A DNA stretch of 63,791 nt, filler included, from Corallochytrium limacisporum Hawaii (lineage: Eukaryota > Protista > Pluriformea): NCBI GenBank assembly GCA_002811645.1. It is 4 parts of 4 records of this genome, joined end to end, with 100 filler letters (N's around TTAATTAATTAA, not from the genome) between each part and the next. Parts side by side here need not be neighbours in the genome. Positions count along the whole stretch, not along the records: positions 18,417 to 44,810 come from PDIP01000129.1; 3 more parts are not named here. The stretch is one strand, 5' to 3'. Shown here in pieces: positions 20,727 to 28,848 of this stretch. The notes beneath the pieces are model-generated. The model was not told where the DNA came from, did no database searches, and saw only the letters and a program-made list of their open reading frames with translations. A program made the translations under genes and the position numbers. The number at the start of each line of letters is the position of its first letter. Within the stretch, counting starts at the first letter, position 1.

Positions 20727-22664
20727 ATGGAAGGTGATTTCAAACAGGGTGTGCGAAGAGCACTTGTTCGATTACTAAACGAAAGTGCAAAGCGTGACGC
20801 AGACCATGCTGACACTGAGTCCAGGCAGGGACCATTTCAACATAGCCGGGCAACCAATTGGACAAGAGCCTTGCGACGGGCCCTGAGAGGTTTAGACGAG
20901 CACACAGGGTCAGTGGAATGCACATCGGACCTTTTTGACGTCCACGGCTTTGGGACTGCGACTATCAATAAAGTGGATACAGAGCTCCGAAGGGTTGAAG
21001 GTAACCCACTCGGACATGAGGCTTCAGAAACTACTTCCAGGCTGAGCAAAGAAGATGTCGGCACGAAAAGTAGCGGGAGCACAGAAACGGGAAAATGGCC
21101 CAAGCGACGCACCGGTTCCAGTGGCATCCTTATTGCGCTCGCGATCCTGCACGGTCAAGTGGGCAAGTCCGAGACTTTTCCAAAGAAAACAATCGTCGCA
21201 AAGGCACAGCCATACTCAGACTCCAGCTACACAGTGGCACCACCGACTGCTAGGCGGTCGAACCCAGCCGTAGGTGGTAATAGGAAGGTTTTTAACTATA
21301 CAGCGTGGAATTGCATGAAGACTCTGCTCAACAAGAATCTGGTCTCAAAGCACAGTCGTAACTATAAACTAACTGATGAAGGCATTCTACTAGCGGGAAG
21401 GCACGCACTAGCTTGCGGTGTTTCTCTGACTTCCACTGTAGACGCTAGGGATGAAGTCAGTGAATCTAATTTCGTACCTTCGCCGCCGCGTAGCAACCCA
21501 TCAGGAAGTGATGGTACTGGGCGGCTACTCAATAACTGGCAAGACATTTTACACGACTGCACAAACCGGCTGGCAAGTTTGGGACTGGATCCCAACATCC
21601 CCACATTTATTGACACTAGATCACGAAAAGTGCCGTGTAGGTGCCAAGCTGCCACACGGAAAATCGCTGGAAGGACGGCATACCGAGCTACGGTGAATCC
21701 ATCTTACGCATCTTTAATCGAAGGTGGAATCATAGACATCTCGGCCCAACCGAAAGGGGGAGATGATCGGTTGACAGTGTGGTTACCCCACGATGGAAAG
21801 GCATGCTGTCGGAGCGCGTCAGTCCAAAGTTCACGGTCGTTTTCTGTTTCTCAGCTGAGTAGCCAGATCCAAAGGAGTCTGCATGTGACTGAGGGACCCG
21901 GTGCCTCAGGGTCTGTTCGCATCCTTATAGACAACAGAGAGCCGAACAAGGCATCAATGTTGAGGAAACTGCGGCAGGTGGGTATCGATGCAGAAGTCCG
22001 TGCCTTGCCAATTGGGGACTTCCTTTGGGTTGAAGACGTTGATGGGTGTGAGACGGTACTGGACTTTGTCGTTGAGCGAAAGCGTTTGGATGACCTGCAC
22101 CAAAGTGTAAAGAATAAGCATTTGGAAAGCCAACTGAATCGGCTGCACATGGCAGGATTTAGTCAAACGTTCGTACTCTTGGAAGATTATGGGAAAAGCT
22201 CGGGTGATGCGAAGGTTCTTCATGGCGTGCTATCTCAGCTTCTTTTCCGTGAAATGGTGAGCCTGCTGTATTCATACGGTCCTGGAGACACATGTAAGAT
22301 ATTGGAAACGCTCACACTTAACCTGCACAACCATAGTCGAAAGGCACTGATCAAGTGGGAAGACTTTTCGGACCATTTAAAAAGCTACACGGGGCCAAAG
22401 ACGCACAACGATATGTTTATTTTAATGTTAGCAAACGTACGTGGAATTTCGCTAGTGACTGCTGAATGTATTGCAAAGCAGTACCAGACTTTGGCTGCGT
22501 TTGTGAAGTCCATGCGGACAGACTACACGTCACCTGCAGATGCTATTTTGGCATTGGCATCATCGACAGTTGGCGGTGATGGCCATGGGAAACGATTGGG
22601 TCCGAAAATTGCAGAAAATCTGTACAGTACGTTCATTGGGGATGGAAAGGATGTGAATGATTGA
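20727..22664 (+). CDS. MUS81: Crossover junction endonuclease Mus81
   Basis: N-terminal HhH (VHGFGTATINKV), winged helix (YTAWNCMKTLLNKNLV..YKLTDEG), ERCC4 nuclease (ILIDNRE, LPIGDFLW, VVERKRLDDL) and C-terminal HhH2. First ATG at 20727. Confidence 0.92.
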   Translation: MEGDFKQGVRRALVRLLNESAKRDADHADTESRQGPFQHSRATNWTRALRRALRGLDEHTGSVECTSDLFDVHGFGTATINKVDTELRRVEGNPLGHEASETTSRLSKEDVGTKSSGSTETGKWPKRRTGSSGILIALAILHGQVGKSETFPKKTIVAKAQPYSDSSYTVAPPTARRSNPAVGGNRKVFNYTAWNCMKTLLNKNLVSKHSRNYKLTDEGILLAGRHALACGVSLTSTVDARDEVSESNFVPSPPRSNPSGSDGTGRLLNNWQDILHDCTNRLASLGLDPNIPTFIDTRSRKVPCRCQAATRKIAGRTAYRATVNPSYASLIEGGIIDISAQPKGGDDRLTVWLPHDGKACCRSASVQSSRSFSVSQLSSQIQRSLHVTEGPGASGSVRILIDNREPNKASMLRKLRQVGIDAEVRALPIGDFLWVEDVDGCETVLDFVVERKRLDDLHQSVKNKHLESQLNRLHMAGFSQTFVLLEDYGKSSGDAKVLHGVLSQLLFREMVSLLYSYGPGDTCKILETLTLNLHNHSRKALIKWEDFSDHLKSYTGPKTHNDMFILMLANVRGISLVTAECIAKQYQTLAAFVKSMRTDYTSPADAILALASSTVGGDGHGKRLGPKIAENLYSTFIGDGKDVND

Positions 22665-22698
22665 ATCCCTACACACCCGCTTGCGGATACACACTCGA

Positions 22699-23454
22699 TC
22701 ATGACTTGAAGGCGTATCCAGGAACATGCTTTCCGAACCACCAGGCGGAAGGCTGCTGGCGGTCCTTCCTGAATTTCAATCTAAGGTCCTTTAGGTTTTC
22801 TTCCATGTTCGGAATACGTGCTGACAACAGATCCTGCATGGTATAGGCCGACACGATCCTTGCTTTCCTCTGAAGCTCGGCTAGCGGTGTGTCTTCATCA
22901 CCATCAGGTCCGACATTAGTTTGGGCGGGCTTCGGGATCGGACTACCAGATAGGGCACTGATCCTAGTCTCACCATTCCAGGTGATGGTTGTAGGGCGCT
23001 TCAACACCGGATCCAGGAGCTGGAAGTCGCGATAGTCTCGCTCTGCGTAGGCTTCCCGACATTCGTTTTCTCCATTGGCCCCCATGCCCCACAGTTGCCG
23101 GGGTCGTAGTCCAGAGACCAAGACTCTGTAAGCAATTGTGTCAATGTTCTGCACTTTGCAGATTGTTCCAATTTCAGCAGGATTGTCACTGCGCATGCAC
23201 ACGACGTAGTCGTTTTCGAAGTATGGCTGCTTCTCATACTGGCCGAGTGGTCTCGGCAGAATAAACCCTTTGTATCTCACCATGCCTTTCGTGACCACAA
23301 CATTCTGCAATTGATTAGGGTTTACTGGGTCGAGTGCTATATATTTTCCCCGAAATGGATACTTTTTAGCAAGTTCTGCCATAACATAGTCTTTCTTGAT
23401 CGGTGCCTTGCCGCGGAGGGCTGACGGTAGCGCCCGCACAGCTCTGCCTCGCAT
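22699..23454 (-). CDS. MRPL24: Mitochondrial ribosomal protein uL24m
   Basis: KOW-like 'IGTICKVQNI..RVLVSGL', then 'FQLLDPVLKRPTTITW..RISALSGSPIPKP..GDEDTP', matching uL24m; basic N-terminal presequence. Confidence 0.8.
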   Translation of the reverse strand: MRGRAVRALPSALRGKAPIKKDYVMAELAKKYPFRGKYIALDPVNPNQLQNVVVTKGMVRYKGFILPRPLGQYEKQPYFENDYVVCMRSDNPAEIGTICKVQNIDTIAYRVLVSGLRPRQLWGMGANGENECREAYAERDYRDFQLLDPVLKRPTTITWNGETRISALSGSPIPKPAQTNVGPDGDEDTPLAELQRKARIVSAYTMQDLLSARIPNMEENLKDLRLKFRKDRQQPSAWWFGKHVPGYAFKS

Positions 23455-23909
23455 TGCAAGTATTTCTCTATGTTTGCTTTCGACGCTGTGCCACGTTCTC
23501 AGGTCATTGTTGTGACAGACTATAACGTTGCGTAATTACTGGTCACGTCGAAGATCTGGAGGCTACACTTATAGCTTTCTTTCTCGTGCTTGAGCAATCG
23601 TGGATGGGAGTAGCGGGTTGGTCCCGCAAACAATATGGGCGATCATGTGGGCCCCCTCCCAACCTGCTCCTCATGTACGTACTCCTTTCCGGCCCAGTTT
23701 TAGTACTGGGCAAGCCCGGTCCCATCAGCGACCAATACTGAAACGCTTAGGGCACTGATAAATCAATATTTTCGGCGGTGGGCCCGCAGTGGAGGGGGGT
23801 GTCTGAGCAAAGGTAGACAAGACCGACAGCTAATGTGAATGTCAAGCAGGAAGACAACATCAACTAGCAAATGTATGGTCTATTACAAAATTGATAACAA
23901 TGTGACATA

Positions 23910-24452
23910 ATGGGACTGAGTGTTTTAGAGTTTGTCTTTGGTGTAGGCCTCGCCACATATGTCATTGGTCCCCAACAGTTGCCTGCTGTAGCAAGACAAG
24001 TGGGTAGAACAGCGGGATCTGCTGTCAGAATCATATCGTCATATCGTGACACGGTTTACAAGCAGATGGCCGGCAACAAAGCCGGCGAAATAGAAAGACA
24101 ATTGGAAGAGGCTTACGACGATTTGGCCAGAGTACGGAGAGATATTCGCGGAGGGATTAGTCTTTCCCGAAGAGTTGTTTCCTATATCCCCAGCAGCCGT
24201 GGAACCAGTAAAACAACTGCGTCTGAAAGTGCCGGTGTTGACCAGTTGAAGGACGACGAGCAGCTTCACACAGTCACACCAACAGAATCCGCAAGTTCAG
24301 AGAACAGCCCAACATCACTGCCACTGTTCTCATCGAGACCGCTATCTCGCGACGTCCCGATTGGTGTCCAGCCATCAACAGGATCCAGCATTCTATTAGA
24401 GTCCTTAGTCAGAGAAGGACGAGCACAACTGGAGAAACTAAAATTGAAGTAA
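23910..24452 (+). CDS. tatB: TatB-like twin-arginine translocase subunit resembling plant mitochondrial TatB
   Basis: N-terminal 'GLSVLEFVFGVGLATYVIGPQQLPAVARQVGRTAG' gives a conserved Glu, short TM helix, GP..LP hinge and amphipathic helix. 'IERQLEEAYDDLARVRRDIR' and C-terminal 'GSSILLESL' resemble plant mtTatB segments as I recall them. Confidence 0.75.
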   Translation: MGLSVLEFVFGVGLATYVIGPQQLPAVARQVGRTAGSAVRIISSYRDTVYKQMAGNKAGEIERQLEEAYDDLARVRRDIRGGISLSRRVVSYIPSSRGTSKTTASESAGVDQLKDDEQLHTVTPTESASSENSPTSLPLFSSRPLSRDVPIGVQPSTGSSILLESLVREGRAQLEKLKLK

Positions 24453-24457
24453 AGAAA

Positions 24458-25864
24458 ATGCACTCTATGACCGGAGAACGAGGAGCATTTGTGTGGATCC
24501 TTCCGAAGAGACTCGCTGTCCTCGACCAGACCGCGAGTTCTTTGCTGGTAGAACCGGCTAATGAACAAGCGGGGTTGCCAACATTAAGGTGTCTTCTGCA
24601 AGCAGAACAGACTTCAGATGTTCTGGTTGTTGTATTTGGGTACTACGTGAAGAGGAAAGCGATGACAAGAAAGCGCAAAAGTGGGGACCCAGAGTTCATG
24701 GGACCATCGTTGATTCACAATTTAGTGGTGGGAGACGAGACCATCGGGCGAATGGACCTGCCGTGCTGGAAACATGACCAATTGAAGAACCCTTTACCAA
24801 GATCTCCAGTAGTAGCAATCCTGCGCAGGGTGTCCATTCGCAAGGGACGGAACGGAAGATTGTACGCGTCTGTTGGGTCATCCTCCTGTGTGTCCATTGT
24901 CCAAAGAGAAGAAGACATTAATCAAGGAAATGTCAGTCTCGAAATGTGTACTCGTTTCAGTTCATTAACTAAATTGCTGCATTTGTCTCACTTATTTGAT
25001 CGATGCCATACCATGGCAGGAAGGCATCTGGAATGTGTTGACATAGATGTGGGCATTTACGATGCTGTGACCAATAGTGAAGATTGCTGTTTTCTGGAAG
25101 TGGCCGTCCAGACAGCGACAGGCCAGCACGCAACTCTTCTTTGCCTTCATGAATCCTTCATTTTGACTTTGAAAGAGCATATCCGTAACAAGATTAGGTC
25201 TTTTCGCCTCTCTGATATGATTATGATCACCACAGGTGGAGTTTTACAATATCAGACCACGACAGATTCATCTGTTTGTCCTATTGCTCAACTGGAAGTA
25301 ACCAGTCCTGCACCGGCACCTACGTCCCTCCTGCACGTGTGCCAAAAGGGCAAGAGCGATCGAGTTTATGTCTGTCAGATCAGCGTGTCCTTTCTTGTCT
25401 GGCGGTCAAGTGAGCATGATTGGATTGGGTTTTCCAGAACTGGAATTCATTTGGGACCCGACTACCACCTGTCTACCTTGACCATGAGGCTGTGTCAAAT
25501 GTGCCATATCGCTATCGAAACGAGTACAGCGATATGTCCACGTTGCCATCGTCACGGCCCTCCGATTGTGCTGAGGAATCCTGATGTCACTGTACACGAC
25601 CCAACATGCCAAACGGGGGTCCCTGCACAATTGCTAAATGCTGAAAGCTTGTTCCGCGGAATTGAAGTAAGCGCCATCCTTGATGGCGATTCTCGTCACC
25701 AACGCTTGCTGTACCAAAGCCTTCGAAGATTCATTGATAGAACACGCCATGTCTATACTGTTCATGTCAGGAAGCGTGAGAGTGGTGTCTTACTCATAAC
25801 GCGTCTAGATTTTCCGAGCATTTCGGATGTGTTTGCTACAGATTCTATTCTTCCCGACGAGTGA
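24458..25864 (+). CDS. Multi-OB-fold ssDNA-binding-type protein with a C4 zinc ribbon (SHLD2/RPA70C-like)
   Basis: OB-like 'DVLVVVFG...NLVVGDETIGRMDLPCW...VAILRRVSI' and C-terminal CQMC-x10-CPRC followed by 'VTVHDPT', the layout of RPA1-C/SHLD2/CTC1-type OB folds. Confidence 0.5.
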   Translation: MHSMTGERGAFVWILPKRLAVLDQTASSLLVEPANEQAGLPTLRCLLQAEQTSDVLVVVFGYYVKRKAMTRKRKSGDPEFMGPSLIHNLVVGDETIGRMDLPCWKHDQLKNPLPRSPVVAILRRVSIRKGRNGRLYASVGSSSCVSIVQREEDINQGNVSLEMCTRFSSLTKLLHLSHLFDRCHTMAGRHLECVDIDVGIYDAVTNSEDCCFLEVAVQTATGQHATLLCLHESFILTLKEHIRNKIRSFRLSDMIMITTGGVLQYQTTTDSSVCPIAQLEVTSPAPAPTSLLHVCQKGKSDRVYVCQISVSFLVWRSSEHDWIGFSRTGIHLGPDYHLSTLTMRLCQMCHIAIETSTAICPRCHRHGPPIVLRNPDVTVHDPTCQTGVPAQLLNAESLFRGIEVSAILDGDSRHQRLLYQSLRRFIDRTRHVYTVHVRKRESGVLLITRLDFPSISDVFATDSILPDE

Positions 25865-26807
25865 ATTGCTGCACCAGCTGCTTGTATTGTTCCCAAATCA
25901 CGAAGGTGAGAATAGTATGGGGAAAGATCCGCAGGAAGTGCGGAAACAGCCCCTTGTAGAATCCTTGAGGTCCCTCTCGTGCAAAAATCTTCTGAATACA
26001 GTCAAAGAGACCATTGTACCGCGCTGCCTTAATATGACCCTTCGTTCCCTCAATTTTCTGGTTGAATAACCGAGTGCTCACTACATCCAATGGATTCATA
26101 CCGACAGCCACACATACTCCAGACATCGACGCCACCAACAAGTGAGTTGGGAAACTGTCTTGCATCCCCTGTTTTCTGGTCAAGTACTCCTTGAACGACT
26201 CATACGTGGTAAGTTGTATGGAAGAGCCCACCATTACACGAGCAGCTGCAGCCTGCACCCCACGAAAGAGACCTCCAAACCCCTCCTGGTTCATGATGTG
26301 TGCTACTGCAGCACGCATGGTCGTGTAGCCGTGCTGATCACCGACAACTGCATGGCCAGGAGCCCTGCTCTGAGCCTGGAGCTGTGTCTTGATTAGCTGA
26401 AATGGAGTGCCCGCAATTGCGCCGACGACGCCCGCCAAGGCACCACTCAAGAGTCTGTACTGAAACTCACGTTTCTCCCAATCGTCGTCTAGGCTATGGA
26501 ACATGGCCTTGAAGGGGCCGTAGGTACCCAAGCGTAGACCATTCATGGTGAGTTGGTACCCCAACGCCGGAACTAAGCCACCTTGTATTCCACTAACTCC
26601 TTCATAGCGTCCAATCTGATAGAAAGCCTGCAGGAAGTTCTTGTACACACGTGGTTTTGCACCACGTTTCACGCCTTCTCCGTCTAACTGCATGCGAATC
26701 TTGACAACTTCAATAGGATTCGTGAAAAATCCTGCGGTGACGGTTGCCGCACCACCAGTTAGGTGTTCTACCCACGGAGTATCTGCGGTAGGAGTTGCAG
26801 CGGCCAT
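25845..26807 (-). CDS. Mitochondrial carrier (SLC25), OAC1/SLC25A34-35-like
   Basis: Three carrier signatures (PIEVVKIRMQ, PFQLIKTQLQ, PLDVVSTRLF); 'GIQGGLVPALGYQLTMNGLRLG' and 'RIFPHTILT' are typical of the OAC1 subfamily. Confidence 0.9.
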   Translation of the reverse strand: MAAATPTADTPWVEHLTGGAATVTAGFFTNPIEVVKIRMQLDGEGVKRGAKPRVYKNFLQAFYQIGRYEGVSGIQGGLVPALGYQLTMNGLRLGTYGPFKAMFHSLDDDWEKREFQYRLLSGALAGVVGAIAGTPFQLIKTQLQAQSRAPGHAVVGDQHGYTTMRAAVAHIMNQEGFGGLFRGVQAAAARVMVGSSIQLTTYESFKEYLTRKQGMQDSFPTHLLVASMSGVCVAVGMNPLDVVSTRLFNQKIEGTKGHIKAARYNGLFDCIQKIFAREGPQGFYKGLFPHFLRIFPHTILTFVIWEQYKQLVQQFTRREE

Positions 26808-27494
26808 GTTGAACTAAATGGTTTTGCCGCCCCCAGGAGTTTAAGTTACAGGCTTTAACTTCGATGGCTTTTTGCAAACACCTGACTTCTCTGATCACAA
26901 GTACCTGATCATTATTCTATCCCTTCATATATTATTGTGCACGAAGAATGGCGTGAGAATTTCAGTTCCTGACGACCCCGTGGGTCACGGGTACGATCTC
27001 CCTCCCTTTTTCCTCTTGCAGTAGCAAGACTATCAGGCGGGTCTCCTTAGTCTTTGTGGTTGTGCACTCTCCAATCACTCTCTGTTGCTATACTAGAATG
27101 CCAAATGTGATGGGGTGTAAGGCTCTGCCTGCGGCTAATCTCGTCCAAACGTTAAAACTGGGTGTCACTGTGGAGCACTAACCAAGTGCCTCGTCAGATT
27201 TAATCTTGCTGTGAGACGCAATTGTGAACATGGTACAAGTTACAAAAGGGCTATTTATGTGGTACCGACAAAAATTTGACATGGTTCATGGCCCTCAGGG
27301 CCCTTGAAGGAGTGAATTCTCTACTCACGGATACGTGGTAAATGCAGGCCTTTAGAGAAATCAAGGGAGGGGAGGTCAAAAACAGTACGAAGCGGCAAAC
27401 ATAGGGAAAGTTCCAATCTCTTGATTTTTCACTAAGAAACATCCCATCCGAGTCACCCCCTACGCACCAATCTCGACATCAGCAGTCGGCCGCT

Positions 27495-28373
27495 TCATTC
27501 CCAGGGCTTCTTCGGGACTGCCTCCGCACCACTTGCTTCCGGCAGTGGTTGGTCATCCTGCGTTGTCATGTCAATTTTTCTGACGCCGGGGAGTTCCAGA
27601 CCCTTCTCTACCATCTCGGCCAGTTCCATGAATGATCGTGGGTAGGGTGTGGCATCGCTGCTTTCGTTGGCCTCCATTGTGTCGCTTTCCTTTGCTGGGT
27701 CACCATTGCCAGTGATGGACACCCCACTGCCTTCTTCCTGTCTGATACGCTTATACTGGACATAGTCCAGGGATCGGAATGCCTTAGAGAAATAGAAAAC
27801 CTTAGCTTTCTCGTACACTTCTGGACTAGGCGGAGAATCAGCACCCATTGATCTCTGTAAGCTGTCCCAGCCGGTTAGGAAAGTCTGATCCTGTTCGAAA
27901 TCATAAGCCTCGAAGGCATCAGCAAGGCTGGAGGGGTTGCTGTCCGCCATATGCCAAAACATTGCTGTTTCTACTGCTGTTGCGACGAATTGAATCAATG
28001 TTTCTTGAGCTTCAAGATGATCTACACTGGTAGCGCACAGTAATTGGTGGAGATTGAAGAGATCTGTTTGACCTCTAGCATCTGCGTCGCCCCCAGGCCC
28101 ACAAGCCATACGCACATTTTGTCCTCTTGCGTTCTGGATAACATCGTCTAAAGCAGTTCCAGCTCCAGCTTTCAATAAAGAAGTGTACAGGGTGGAAAGA
28201 GAAACGTAGACTGAATCTCTCGCAGAAAAAGTAGTAAAATCAGCGACGTCAAGCTGATCCGATAGCTTTTCAATAGCGGGCTTTGGTACAAAACAACGAG
28301 CAAACTGGTTATTAAATGTCTTGACATCACCTATCCCAAATCCAGTTTGGGAGTGTGTTGCATCCCCACCCAT
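27495..28373 (-). CDS. PEX39: Peroxin PEX39-like (C6orf226/YJR012C family; HTH segment plus KPWE motif) with an N-terminal extension
   Basis: 'FEAYDFEQDQTFLTG..EKAKVFYFSK', 'PYPRSFMELAEMVEKGLELPGVRKI' and terminal KKPWE. Confidence 0.8.
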   Translation of the reverse strand: MGGDATHSQTGFGIGDVKTFNNQFARCFVPKPAIEKLSDQLDVADFTTFSARDSVYVSLSTLYTSLLKAGAGTALDDVIQNARGQNVRMACGPGGDADARGQTDLFNLHQLLCATSVDHLEAQETLIQFVATAVETAMFWHMADSNPSSLADAFEAYDFEQDQTFLTGWDSLQRSMGADSPPSPEVYEKAKVFYFSKAFRSLDYVQYKRIRQEEGSGVSITGNGDPAKESDTMEANESSDATPYPRSFMELAEMVEKGLELPGVRKIDMTTQDDQPLPEASGAEAVPKKPWE

Positions 28374-28848
28374 GTCTCACGGTTGTGGTTCAGAGTCACG
28401 CGCAGTTGATCTATTTATTAGAAACGCTCACTCCTGCTTACATTGTGATTCGCGACTTTACTGTGCAAACACGTACACGTGATTACAAGGTTCCAGATGT
28501 ATGGGACCGGCATCCTCGCTGAACTACCTAAACAAGCGAGCAGTGGTTAACACCTGCCACAGCTGAGGTTTTGCTGTGCCGGGTATATCCCTCAAATCCA
28601 TAAGAATACTGGAGGCCCATAACCAACCCATTACAAATCCCTCCCCCACCCACCCCCGGGGGGCACTTCCTACCCTGCCCTTCAGAATCCAGATTTCACC
28701 CAGGTCCGCACTCCGAGTGGGTATCTAAGGTTCTTCGTTGGTGAAAGCAGGCACTTGAATCCATAGCGTAGACCCTCCTGGAATGCACAGGATACCATAA
28801 GCAGATGCAAAGTTTTGGAGAATGTAGCACCTCAGAGGGTTAAACAGA

